From an uncultured Planctomycetota bacterium (GTDB lineage: Bacteria; Planctomycetota; Planctomycetia; Isosphaerales; Isosphaeraceae): 64,000 nucleotides of DNA. Shown here in pieces: positions 1 through 12,883 of the stretch. Within the stretch, counting starts at the first letter, position 1. The number at the start of each line of letters is the position of its first letter. Where the stretch lies: positions 1 to 64,000 of the forward strand of contig CAWGMQ010000008.1 in NCBI GenBank assembly GCA_963823665.1, in the 5' to 3' direction. A program made the translations under genes and the position numbers. The notes beneath the pieces were generated by a model, which did no database searches, had not been told where the DNA came from, and saw only the letters and a list, made by a program, of their open reading frames with translations.

Positions 1-3000
1 CCGCTCACCTACACCTGGTTGTTCGGCGACGGCGGTACGGGGTCGGGGCCCGAGCCGACCCACACCTTCACGGCACCGGGGATCGATACCGTGACGTTGA
101 CCGTTAACGACGGCTTCGGCGGGATCAGCACCGCAACCGCCCTGGTCGCGGTCAACGACCTGCCGCCGGTCTTCACTCCCAACGCGTACTTGCCGCCCCT
201 GACTTACACAACACCCGCGCCTGGCGACGGATCTGGTGACTCCGTAGCCGCGAACTACGGCAACGTCGCAATCGGCACCCCGTCGAAAACGGCACTGGCG
301 CGGTTTATCTCTACGACGGTGTCACCACCGCCAACGAGACAATCTCGACCTACGCTTATGGCGAGCTGATCCACGTCTTCGCCGACCCCAATCCTAAGCC
401 CGGCGATGAGTTCGGCATCACTGCGCGCGGTGGTCGGCAACGACCTGGTGGTCGGGGGCACGGGCAGTTCGCTTACGGGACCGGGCGACGGCGTGGTTTA
501 CGTCTTCGACGCCGATGACGGCACGACATTCGGTAACTTGCTGGCGACCCTGACGATCCCTGACCCCGGCCCCTTGAATGATGCACAGTTCGGCGCAGCG
601 GTCCAGCGCCAGACCAACACGAATATCGTGGTGGGAGCCGCCGGCAACAACAGCGGCACGGGCGAGGTCTACGAGTTCGAGGGCGACACGACCCAGGCGA
701 ACTTCGGCGCACTGCTGCCGCAAATCTCAAAACCCACGTCGCAGGTCGGGTCGGATTTCGGTGCCGCGGTCGCCGGCGACGGCAACAGTGTGATCGTCGG
801 CACCCGGCTGGGACCGGCGCCACCGGCGGCGTCTTCGTGTTCGATGGCACGACCGGCAATCTGATCACGTCGATCGCAAACCCCGACACGTCGACCACGA
901 CCGGCTTCGGTAGCGCAGTTGCCGCGGTTGGGCCCAACATCCTCATCGGGTCGCCTGACGACAACGATGGTGCGGGTGCGGCCTTCCTGTACGCGGCCTC
1001 CCGCGATCCCCGGACCGGCGACGTTGCTCGCTGTGTTCGCTCAGCCCGATGGCACTGGCGGCAACTTCGGCGGATTCCGTCGCCGGGACGCGAAAACACC
1101 GCACTGATCGGCGCCCACCGGTGCTTTTCTGGGCACGAGCGACGCCGGCGCTGCGTACCTCTTCGACGCCAATCCGTCGAGCCCGACCTTCGGCAACGCA
1201 ATCGCCGCCGTTCAAGAACCGACCCCGACTTCGGGTGACGCCTTCGGCACCTCGGTCGGATTCGACACCGGCACTTGAGGCGTGGGCATCGCGGGGGCTA
1301 TCGGTTCGGGAGTCACCAGCCGCAGACCGGCCGTCGATCTCTATCAGCCCGGTGCTCAGCTCTCGGTCTCGTCCGTCACCACCTATCTCGCGCACGCACC
1401 TATGACTCCGTGATCGTGAGCGGCACTTTCACGGATGCCAACCCTGGAGCGAATCTCACCGCCACGATCGATTGGGGCGATGGGTCCGCACCGACTGATG
1501 TCGACCTCCCGGCGGGGTCCTACGCCTTCGCGGCCCCACATGACTACACGACCGACCCGGCCTCCGGCTCGTACAGTATCGGCGTGACCTTGACCGACGC
1601 GTTCGGCAAGACCGCCTTCGCACAAACGACTGTCCGCCATCAACAACCCGGCGCTGGAGTTCGCGTCGCCCGGTCTTGTCTTGTCGTCGACCACCATCGT
1701 CGAAGGGGGCGCGGTCGAGGTCAGCGGGACAGTCAAGAGCCCCGACGGGAACGACTCGAGCACGGTCGCTCTCAACTGGGGCGACGGCTCGGCGCCGACC
1801 ACGATCGTTCTCCCTATCGGCCAGGACACGTTCTCGACAAGCCATACCTATTTGAACAATCCGGCGGGGGTTGGGTCCGAGAACTATACAATCATCGCTT
1901 CCGCGACCAACCAGTATGACAAGGCTGGCTATGCGTCGGCGATCGTGACCGTCAACAAGGTTGGGCCGCAGTTCACCGCGGCCGACCTGAAGCTGTCGCC
2001 GCCGACTGCCGTCGAGGGAGACACGATCACCTTGAACGGCCAGTTCACCGACCCGGATGCGCTCGGCGCGTACACGGTGACGATCGACTGGGGCGATGGT
2101 TCCACTCCGACCGTCTTGAGCGAGCTCGACGGCCAGGTCGTCCCGTCGGCCTCGCCGGGGATCTTTACCTACTCGACCACCCATGTGTATCTGAGTAATC
2201 CACCCGGCGAGCTGACCGGCGGAGCGTACGCGATCAACGTTTCGGTGTCGGACGGCGTGAACACGACTTCGGCCGGCACGTCGACCGTCGTGAACAATGC
2301 GGCGCCGACGGTTCGGATCGGGGCGCAGGGAATGACGGGCTCGACGACGATCAGCTCACCGCCGTCGTGACGGACCTGGATCCACTCGCCACCGATACGG
2401 TGGCCTGGACATTGACAGAGGGCGGGACGGTGACCCAGACCGGCACGGGGTCTACGTTCTCATTCGCGAACCCGGGCGGAATCCTGGTTGGGACAGTGAC
2501 CGCCACGGTGACCAGCAGCGATGGTGAGATGTCGGTCGCGACAGCACCAGATCGCGGTGATCAGCCAGTCGGGCGCGACGATCACGTCGACTCGTCGATG
2601 AACACGATCGTCGCGCCACGCGAATCCGGCCACGTCTGCGTCCTTGGGGCGTGCCGACGAGCTGATCGCGCTGGTCTATGGCGCCAACGATCTGGTGGAC
2701 GCGACCGCGTTTCCGAGTCCCGTCGAGCTTGATGGCTACGGCGGCGACGCGACGCTTCTGGCCGGCTCGGCCGACGACTTGCTGGTCGGTGGTCCCGGCA
2801 CCAACAGCCTGGTTGGCGGGGCCGGTGACGACACGCTTGTATCCAATGCCGGTGATGACACGCTCGTCGGTGGCACGGGGAGTGCCATGTTCCAGATCAA
2901 TCCCGGACATGACCCACTCGTGATCGGCGCGGCAGGGTGCCGAATTGCGCTCGACTTCTCGATCGCCAGCCTCGCCGATCACCGTCAACCTCGGCATGCA

Positions 3001-6000
3001 TCAGGCCAGCGAGCGAGATCGTTGACTCGAACAACGATGAGGTCACGCTCGAGGCCAAGATCAACGCGTATGTCGGCTCGCCCAGTGGCAACAACGTCAC
3101 GCTCAGTGACGACAACGAGCTCGTCTACGCAACCTCCGGCAACAATACGATCACGGCCGGCTCGGGCAACGACTCCATCACCGGCGGATCGGGCAACGAC
3201 ATCATCTATTCGACCACAGGCAACACGACCATCACCGCCGGCTCTGGCCACGATACGATCACCGGCGGATCGGGCAACGACATCATCTACTCGACCACCG
3301 GCAACACGTCCATCTCGGCCGGTTCGGGTCACGATACGATCACCGGCGGATCGAGCCAATGACATCATCTATTCCACCACCGGCAACACGACCATCACCG
3401 CAGGCTCGGGCCACGATACCATCACCGGCGGATCCGGCAACGACATCATCTATTCGACCACAGGCAACACGTCCATCACCGCAGGCTCGGGCCACGATAC
3501 CGTCACCGGCGGATCCGGCAACGACATCATCTATTCGACCACAGGCAACACGTCCATCACCGCCGGCTCGGGCCACGATACCATCACCGGCGGATCCGGC
3601 AACGACATCATCTACTCGACCACCGGCAACACCACCATCACCGCCGGTTCGGGCCACGATACGATCACCGGTGGCTCGGGCAACGACATCATCTACTCGA
3701 CCACAGGCAACACCACCATCACCGCCGGTTCGGGCCACGACACCATCACCGGCGGATCCGGCAACGACATCATCTACTCGACCACCGGCAACACCACCAT
3801 CACCGCAGGCTCGGGCCACGACACCATCACCGGCGGATCCGGCAACGACATCATCTATTCGACCACCGGCAACACCACCATCACCGCCGGCTCGGGCCAC
3901 GACACCATCACCGGCGGATCCGGCAACGACATCATCTACTCGACCACCGGCAACACCACCATCACCGCCGGCTCGGGCCACGATACGATCACCGGCGGCT
4001 CGGGCAACGACATCATCTACGCCACGACGGGCGACACGACCATCACCGCCGGCTCGGGCCACGAGACGATCATCGGCGGATCGGGCAACGAGGTGATCTA
4101 CGGGGTCCAACCGACACGACGACTTCGCCGGATCCGGCAATGACGAGATCGTGGTGGGCACGGCCAATGACTGGGTCTTCGGCGGGCCCGGCAACGACAC
4201 GATCTTTGGCGGCACAGGCAACGACACCATCGTCGGTGGAACAGGCGACGCCACCATCGTCGGTGGTACGGGTAACGACTCGATCACAGGCGGCAGCGGT
4301 AGCGACTCGATCTTCGGCGGGTCGGGCAACGACATCATTTACGGTGGTCTCCTGTCGAGCACGATCACCGGCGGATCCGGCAATGATACCATCGTCGGCG
4401 GCAATGGCGACGACATCATCTACGGCGGCTCGGGCAACGATTCGATCGTGGGCGGCTTTGGTGCCGAGTCGATCGTCGGCGGCTCGGGTAACGAGGCGTC
4501 CTATCCCGGCAACCTGTCGAGCACGGTCACCGGCGGCAGCGGCAACGATCTGATCAAGGGCGGCTACGGCGACGACATCATCGTCGGTGGCACGGGCGAC
4601 ACCACGATCGCCGCCGGCACCGGCAACGACTCAATCGTGGGCGGCTCGGGCAACGACGTCATCTACGGCGGCACCGGCGCCAGCACGATCTCGGGCGGGA
4701 CAGGCAATGCCTCAATCTCCGGCGGCGGCGGCGACGACGTTTTGATCGGCGGCGGGTTCGATTCGTGGCTGATGTTTTTTGGCTCGACGAACATGACGCT
4801 CACCGACACGACCTTCTCGACGACAGGTGGAAGCTCGCCCTCTGTCTCCACCATCAGCGGGTTCCAGCACGCGATCCTGGCCGCGGGCACTGGCAACTTC
4901 ACCTTGGACGCCTCGGCCTTCTCGGGCAGCACCATCCTCCAGGGCGGAACGGGCAACGACACCTTGATCGGCTCACAAGGCCCCGACACCCTCGAGGGAG
5001 GTTCTGGTAACGACTCGCTGGTCGGCGGCGGCGGCGGCGATACCTTCGCCTTTAACGACACCTCGAGTGGCAGCCAGACCATCTTCGAACCGATCGGGCC
5101 GCCAACTAGCCCCGTCGCCGGCCTCGATTTCTCCCAGGCCCCCGCCGGAATCTCGATCAATCTCACCCAGTCCGGCCCCCAGGCCGTGATGCCGGCAACG
5201 CTGAACGACGGCGCGCTCACCTTGACCTTGGCCGACCCTGACGAAATCGACACCGTGCTGGGCAGTTCGTACAACGATACCATTATCGGCAACACCAACG
5301 ACAACACCTTGATCGGCGGCGGCGGTGACGACCAGATCGTCGGCCTGGCCGGCAATAACCTGATCGAAGGGGCCGTCACACGCACTGTCTATCTCGACTT
5401 CAACACCTACGACCTCCCGGATCAGCACTTCTATACCCAGGCCGAGCGCGACGCGATCCAGGCGCAAATCACGGCCGACTATTCTGCGTTCTCGTACGCG
5501 TTCACGCAGGAACAGCCGCAATCGGGCCCGTACACAGCGATCTATTTCAACGACCCGGCACTGGTCGGACTCGAGGGGGGAATCTCGTCGGAGATCGACT
5601 CGCGCGATCTCGACATCTCGGGCACGACGACACTCACCGATAACAACCTCGACGTCATCCCCGCTGATTCCGCCGGAGTCAACGTCAATAACTTCCTGGG
5701 CGGTCCCGGCGAGCCCGCCGCCACGAGCGCCGACTTCATCGGCCTCTCCGCCACGATCGCCGCACACGAGCTGGGCCACCTCTCCGGCCTCGAGCACACC
5801 GACGCGTACGGACCGATCGGCTCGGGGATCTACTCTGGAGTCAACCCCGACCTCTACAATCCTCCTTATCCCGGCCCCGTCGATGCCGACCAGGCGATCC
5901 TGGACATCATGGCCTCCGGTGCCTCGGTGAACGCGACCCTCGAGGATGCGATCAACGACCCGTTCATTAGCGAACGGGACGCGATCGCATTGTCCTACGG

Positions 6001-9000
6001 CGAAAACGGCTCGCCGACCAACGAACAAATCGCTCCGCACGATTCGATGGCAGACGCCCAGCCGGTCACGCTCGCAAATTTGGTCGTGCCCGATACGGAC
6101 CTTGAGGGGGTGAACACCGACAAGGACTTCGACGTCACCGCCGCTGACGTCGTGGGATACCTTGGGGAGACAAACGGAGCATCAAACACCGACTTTTACT
6201 CGTTCACCGCCGAAGCCGGCACCTTGATCAACTTCCAGCTCATGTCGTCGGCCCTTACCCGATCCGTGGCGCCTGCCGGCACGCCTCCCACTGGCGACAA
6301 CCAGGGCCCTTTCAACACCTACCTCGTCATCTACGACTCAAGCGGCCAGGTAATCGAATACAACGATGACTCGTTCCAGGGTCCCGATTCTTCGATCATC
6401 GACCTGACCCTTCCCACCACGGGCACCTATTACGCGATGGTGACCTCGTCTCCCAATTCGGCGGCTCTCAGTCAGCCGTTGACCGGCGATTACGAGCTCT
6501 TTATGTACACTTTCGCCGCTGGGACGACTGCGGCGTATCCCTCCACAACCCCCGGCCTTGGCGACACGATGTACGCCGGCTCGGGCGACGACACGATCAT
6601 CGCCGGCTCGGCCGACGACACGATCGCAGACCCGCCAGTGGACACGATCGTCTACGGCTCGGGCGCCGTGAACATGCTGGCGCAGACCCCGGCTTTGAAC
6701 GTCTCGGCCGGCCCCAACCAATCGATCGATGAGGGATCCCCCATCACCCTCACCGGCTCTTTCTTCGACCCAACTGGCGACACGTCGCAAGTCTACGACT
6801 GGCACGCTGTGACCGCTTCCGGCCAGCAGATCGCCGACGGCATCGGCACCACGTTCACGTTCACCCCGGGCAACGCCGGAACCGACACGGTGACATTCAC
6901 GGTCATCGACCTGAACGTGGGGTGGGAGCAGTCCGTCGCGGTGGTCACCTCTCTGGACGTCCCCCCGGTCGTGACCGCACCGACCGCCTCGCAGAGCACC
7001 GTCGCCGGTGTGAACACGTCGATTAATCTCGGAGCGCTCGCCATCACAGGCATTGGTCCGTTTTTGGACACGATCAACTGGGGCGATGGCCGAGAGCCTC
7101 GACATTCTCGCCGACGACTTCCGGGAGCAACGCCCTGGCTCACACCTTTGCGAAGGCGGGGATGTACGACGTCGTCGAGACAGTCTCGGAGTACTTCGGG
7201 GGCACGACGACAGCGAGCGTCTTGGTCGACGTGACCGCCGCAAGCACGTCGACGACACTCACGTCCACGGCGGCCTCCGCGGTTTACGGCCAATCGGTAA
7301 CCTTCACGGCCACGGTCGCCAGCCCGGCAGCCCCGACGGGCACCGTGACATTCTACGCCGGGGCGGTCACACCGGCCGATCAGATCGGCACCGGTATGCT
7401 AAGCATCGACAACGGCATCGACGCGGCCTCGTTCGGCACGTCCATGCTGGCCGCAAGCAGCAGTCCGTATACGATCACGGCGGTCTACGGCGGCGATGCC
7501 GCCAACATGAGCAGCACCTCGAACACAGTCGAACTGACGATCACCAAGGCAAGCGCGACGATCGTGGTCACTCCGTACAGTGTCGGGTATGACATTCAGC
7601 CGCACACCGCGACGGGAACAGCCACGGGCGTCGAGTCGCCCACGCCGGCTGACTTCGAGCACCTGCTGGATCTGAGCGGCACCACTCATACAAACCCCGG
7701 CACCTACACCGACACGTGGACGTTCGCGGGCAATGGAAACTACACGAGCGCCAGCGGCACCGTCACCGATGTGATCTCAGACTCCCTGACCATCGACTCG
7801 ATCGCGCCCGTCTCGCCCAACCCGCGGAACACGGCCGTTTCGACCATCAACGTCACCTTCAACGTGCCGATCAACACGAGCAGCCTGATCGCGGGCGCGT
7901 TGTCGCTGACGGACAACAACGGGCCCAACCTGATCACGAGTGCCGCCACGGTCACGCTCGTCTCGGGCACCACCTACCAGATTGGCGGACTGGCGGGGCT
8001 AACTTCGGCCGAAGGTAGCTATACCTTGACCGTCAACGCCACGGGCATCGAGGGTGAATACGGCAACCCAGGCGCGGGAACGCTCTCCACGTCTTGGTTG
8101 ATGGACACCACGCCACCGACAAGCACGGTCAACCCGCTGCCGGCGCAGACAACGTCCACGAGCTTTACGATCTCCGTTACCGGCAGCGACCCGACTGGAG
8201 CAAACGGCAGCACCCCCTCGGGCGTCTCGTCGTATGCCGTCTACGACTCGGAAGACAATGACGCATTCACGTTCTGGACGAGCGTTACGTCCGCCAACCC
8301 GTCCGCCACGTTCACCGGCCAATCCGGCCACACTTATAGCTTCTATAGCATCGCGACCGACAACGCCGGCAACGTCCAGGCCACGCCGGCAACGGCCCAG
8401 GCGACCGTGCAGATCGTTCCACCTGTGTCCGTAACCTCGATCGCCGCGGTCACACCCAACCCACGAAACACGCCAGTCTCGACCGTCGCCATCACGTTCA
8501 GCGTCCCGGTCAACTCCAGCTCATTCGGCGCCAGCGCACTGACTCTGACCGACAACAGCAACCCGGTCACGATCACCAGCGCCGTCTCTCTCAGCCTCGT
8601 CTCGGGCAGCACGTACGACATCAACGGCCTCGCTGGGCTTAGTACCGCCGAAGGCACTTACAGCCTGACCGTGAACGCGGCCGGCATTTCCGACGCCTAC
8701 GGCAACCCGGGCACCGGCTCGCTCTCCACGTCCTGGCTGATGGACACGACTCCACCGACGAGTACCGTCAGCGCATTGCCGGCGCAGACCACCTCCACGA
8801 GCTTCAACGTCTCAGCGACCAGCAGCGACCCAACCGGGTCGGGCGGCAGCACACCCTCAGGTGTCGCTTCAATCGCACTCTACGACTCCAAGGACGGCGG
8901 GCCCTACACAGAATTCGCCACCGTGACACCCGCAAGTCCCTCGGCCAGCTTCACCGGCCAAGCCGGCCACACCTATGGCTTCTACAGCATCGCAACCGAT

Positions 9001-11259
9001 AGCGCCGGCAACGTCCAGCCCACGCCCACCGCCCCCCAGCAAAGCGTGCAGATCATCACTCCTGCATCCGTGACTTCGATCGCCGCGGTCACACCCAACC
9101 CGCGAAACACCCCGGTCTCGACCATCGCCGTCACGTTCAGCATCCCGGTCAACTCCAGCTCATTCGGCGCCAGCGCACTGACTCTGACCGACAACAGCAA
9201 CCCGGTCACGATCACCAGCGCCGTCTCGCTCGCCCTCGTCTCGGGTAGCACGTACGACATCAACGGCCTGGCCGGGCTTAGTACCGCCGAAGGCACTTAC
9301 AGCCTGACCGTGAACGCGGCCGGCATTTCCGACGCCTACGGCAACCCGGGCACCGGCTCGCTCTCCACGTCCTGGCTGATGGACACGACCCCACCGACGA
9401 GTACCGTCAGCGCACTGCCGGCGCAGACCACCTCCACGAGCTTCAACGTCTCAGCGACCAGCAGCGACCCAACCGGGTCGGGCGGCAGCACACCCTCAGG
9501 GGTCGCTTCGATCGCACTCTACGACTCCAAGGACGGCGGGCCCTACACAGAATTCGCCACCGTGACACCCGCAACTCCCTCCGCCAGCTTCACCGGCCAG
9601 GCCGGCCACACCTATGGCTTCTACAGCATCGCAACCGACAACGCAGGCAACGTCCAGCCCACCCCGACGGCCGCGCGGCAAACCGTGCAGATCATCTCAC
9701 CCCTCAGTGTCACCTCGATCGCCGCGGTCTCACCCAATCCCCGGAACACGTCCGTGTCCAGCATCGACGTCACCTTCAGCATGCCCATCAATCTGAACAC
9801 GTTCACCGACTCCAGCGTCACCCTCACCGATAATGGCGGCGTGAACGTCGTCACGAGCGCGGTTTCGTTCGCGTCTGTGACGGGTTCGACGTATCAAATC
9901 AACGGCCTCTCCGGGCTGACCAAAAGCAACGGCAATTACACGCTTACCGTGAACGCCGCCGCCATCCAGGACACATACGGCAACCCCGGCTCGGGAACCG
10001 CGTCGACCTCATGGTTGATGGACACAAGTCCCCCCACAAGCAAGGTCAGCCCGCTCGCCCAGCGCGGCACCAGCCTCACGTTCCCCGTCTCCGTCACCGG
10101 CTCCGACTCAGGCTCACCACCCTCCGGCGTGAAATCCTACGACATCTACTCGAGCACCAACGGCGGAGCGTGGACGCTCTGGACCACCGTCCCCGCCTCC
10201 AACCCAACTGCCGGCTTCACCGGCCAGAGCAACACAACCTACGCCTTCTACAGCATCGCCCACGACCTCGCCGGCAACACCGAAGTCAAAACGCCCACGA
10301 TCGAGGCCAGCACCTATCTGCCCAACCTGACCCCGCCGGTGACCATGGTCGACAGCACGACCGGCACCAACCCGAGCACGGTGAATACCGCCACGGGCAC
10401 CTTCACGCTCAACCTGACCGGCAATGACCCCGGCGGCGGTATCGTGACCTACTTCGAGGTCTTCGTGTCCGTCGACTCCGGCCCATACACGCCAGCGGCA
10501 GCACCGATCCCCGCCGGCCCTGCAGACACCTCCGGAATTGTCCACGCAACAATCCCCTACCAGGGCCTCACCGACGGCACCCAGCACACCTACGCCTTCT
10601 ACAGCATCGGCATCGACGGTACCGGCAACACGCAGTCCGGCCCCACAACCCCCAACCTCACCCTTACAGAAACCTTCGCAACCGCCGCCCAGCTCCAGAC
10701 AACCAGCTTGATCGTCGAAGACGGCGCCGTCGAGCGTTCCTACATCCGGTACCTGCAAGTCGGCTTCAACGAATCCGACACCCAGTCCGGCGGCGAGCTC
10801 ACCCAGATCGTCAATTCTCTCAAAACGGCATCACCCGAGATCCAGCTCTACCAGTACGACTTGAACGACGACGCATCGAGCAAGACGCCCGTCTCGCTCG
10901 CCGGCGTGAACGTCTCGGTGATCGACCACGCCATCGAGCTCGACTTCGGCGCAAACGGCCTGGGCGGCAGCCCCAACACAACGACCGCCGATGGCTACTA
11001 CGAGCTCGATATCAAGCTCCCGAACGGAGCAACCGCCATCCACAACTTCTACCGCATGCTCGGCGACGTCACGGGAGACGGCACAGTAGACAGCAACGAC
11101 CTGAACGAAATCGCCGCCGAGATCAACCTATCCAACCCGACAGGGCTCGCACCCCTGGGCGCCGACGTCAACGGCGACGGCACCGTGTCCGCGCTCGACT
11201 TGACGCTGGCCACCCGGGCGAAGGGGCATAAGCTGAAGTCGGGTCTTTCGCTGGGATGA
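1..11259 (+). CDS. Giant secreted multidomain protein (5'-truncated, multiply frameshifted): PKD, FG-GAP repeats, PKD x3-4, RTX-like Ca-binding repeats, metzincin Zn-protease, PPC-like domain, Ig-like/FN3-like repeats, C-terminal dockerin
   Basis: Consecutive + ORF fragments (19-369, 406-864, 837-1238, 1275-1919, 1681-2370, 2367-2732, 2644-4143, 2937-3362, 4151-7234, 7162-11259) continue one another in domain content: TWLFGDG/IDWGDGS (PKD), FGAAVA...IVVGA...G.VY.F (FG-GAP), GGSGNDII (RTX), HELGHLSGLEH, and GDVTGDGTVDSNDL/ADVNGDGTVSALDL (dockerin). About 10 frame switches occur before position 7160. Confidence 0.8.
3195..4086 (+). repeat. 11 tandem 81-bp repeats encoding NDIIYSTTGNTTITAGSGHDTITGGSG (three RTX-like nonapeptides per unit)
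   Basis: Units start at 3195, 3276, 3358, 3439, 3520, 3601, 3682, 3763, 3844, 3925 and 4006. The one 82-bp interval coincides with the frameshift near 3355. Confidence 0.9.
5765..5797 (+). other. Metzincin zinc-binding motif HELGHLSGLEH within the giant protein
   Basis: HExxHxxGxxH in ORF 4151-7234, with a candidate Met-turn (DIMAS) about 35 aa downstream. Confidence 0.8.
7798..10330 (+). repeat. Four tandem ~639-bp (213-aa) two-domain Ig-like/FN3-like repeats
   Basis: SIA(P/A)V(S/T)PNPRNT starts at 7798, 8437, 9076 and 9715, an exact 639-bp period. Units 2 and 3 are nearly identical in DNA. Confidence 0.9.
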
Positions 11260-11536
11260 TCGATGTCCCTCACCAGCCACGGTGATTCTGGGAGACATGG
11301 CTTTCCCTCGACTCGGGATATGAGATGACCTTGGGCCATCGACACGCTCGCCCAGTCCTGTATCGAAAGCGCCGCCCCACCACCGGCTCGGCCGGCAAAT
11401 GTTTTTCCAAACCGAGCGCAAGTCGGCGACAATGGCGTCGTCTTCAAGAACGAGCAGGCGGCTCCGGGGGGCCCACTCCCGGTTCGACCGCCCGCGCCCG
11501 AACCGCGCTGCTCGATCAGTCCGGAGGGACTTCGCC

Positions 11537-12883
11537 ATGTTTCACTCCACCGTCGCCGAGAGCTTTGAATCCTGGGACCGATTCCTCGCAGCCTATTACG
11601 AGCCGATCAGGACCGCCCTCAAGCTGCTCCCCTTCGTCGGCGAGAATCATGCAGATGACGTCGCCCAGAGCTTCTTCATGAAGATGGTCGAGCGCGACAT
11701 TCTCGACAAACGCCCGGCCATCACCGGCAAGTTCCGCAATTGGCTCTATGTCGCAGCCCGGCGCCATGCCATCGACGAATGGCGCAAGAGCCATCGCCGG
11801 CCCGAGCGAACCGCCGGCCCCACCGACCCCGAGCCGGCCGACCCGGCCGCCCTCGATGCTACCGCGGATGCCGACCTCTCCTATGCCCTCAGCATCCTGC
11901 ACATGACCGTCGCCCGGGTGCGCAAGCATTTGATCGAGGAAGGAAAGGCCGAGCATTGGATGATTTTCGAAGAGCTGGTCCTGGCGCCGCTGGTCCCCGG
12001 CCGCGTGCCCAAGACTCGCGAGGCGCTTCAGACGATGTTTCCCGGCGAGCCGCCCGGCTTCCTCGACAACCGCATCACCACCGTGAAACGCGTGTTCAGG
12101 CGCATCCTCCCCGCGCTCATCCCCGCTGATCCGACCGATGCCTTGACACCCGAAGCGCGGTTCGACGAGCTGCTGGAGATCCTCCAGGACTCCAAGACCG
12201 ATCGTCTCTGGCTGGCTTTCCTGATGAGGCCCGCGCCGGGACCGGACCAGTCCACCGGCTCATCGCTCGACCTCGCCGCGCCGTCATCCGCCGACGAGTT
12301 GCCCGAGGCCAAGCTCTCGGCGGAAGTCGTGAACGACGAACTGCGCATTCTACTCGGCTTCTGGCTCGAGATGCCCTTCAGCGATTACCTCGATGACCTC
12401 GAAGCAGCAGGCCCTACCATCGCGCGGTTGATCCACGACTCGCGCCCGCGCCGCGCTCTCGGGTTCAATCGCAATGCCGCGTCCACCCTCAATCTTCGGG
12501 CGGTCATCGACAGCGATAATCCCACGGTCGCCACGATTCCACCGGACGAGCTCCTGTCCCTGCTCGATCGCGCCAAGACCTACGCCAAGCAAGTGCACCG
12601 GCTCGCCAAGCGGGCGGAAGCCGCCGAGCGCTCGCATGGCCCGGCCCGGCGCGAGAGCTCCATGCCGGTCGAGATCGCCCAGGTCCTGTACGATCTCGCC
12701 GGTGCGCTGGCACTGTCGCGCTGCGGCACCCGGGTGATCGGCTTGAGTGACGATCGCTACCGGAAAAACGTCTTCTGGCTGCTCAGTCAACCCTGGCTCG
12801 ACCCCACCCTCCGCCGCGTCTTCTCCGAAGCGCTCGAGCAGCTCGATGCCGGGCACCCTACCGCGAAGAGCCCAGACCCTTGA
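11537..12883 (+). CDS. ECF-type sigma-70 factor with a ~250-aa C-terminal extension
   Basis: Sigma2-like SWDRFLAAYYEPI...HADDVAQSFF...GKFRNWLYVAARRHAIDEWRK, then a sigma4-like region (HWMIFEEL...RITTVKRVFRRIL). GGAGG at 11523-11527 favours ATG 11537 over the ORF-track start at 11399. Confidence 0.75.
   Translation: MFHSTVAESFESWDRFLAAYYEPIRTALKLLPFVGENHADDVAQSFFMKMVERDILDKRPAITGKFRNWLYVAARRHAIDEWRKSHRRPERTAGPTDPEPADPAALDATADADLSYALSILHMTVARVRKHLIEEGKAEHWMIFEELVLAPLVPGRVPKTREALQTMFPGEPPGFLDNRITTVKRVFRRILPALIPADPTDALTPEARFDELLEILQDSKTDRLWLAFLMRPAPGPDQSTGSSLDLAAPSSADELPEAKLSAEVVNDELRILLGFWLEMPFSDYLDDLEAAGPTIARLIHDSRPRRALGFNRNAASTLNLRAVIDSDNPTVATIPPDELLSLLDRAKTYAKQVHRLAKRAEAAERSHGPARRESSMPVEIAQVLYDLAGALALSRCGTRVIGLSDDRYRKNVFWLLSQPWLDPTLRRVFSEALEQLDAGHPTAKSPDP

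Noticed and set aside
3195..4086. Regular short repeats as a possible CRISPR array
   Set aside because: The units are contiguous, in-frame and coding, with synonymous variation. There are no unique spacers and no cas genes.
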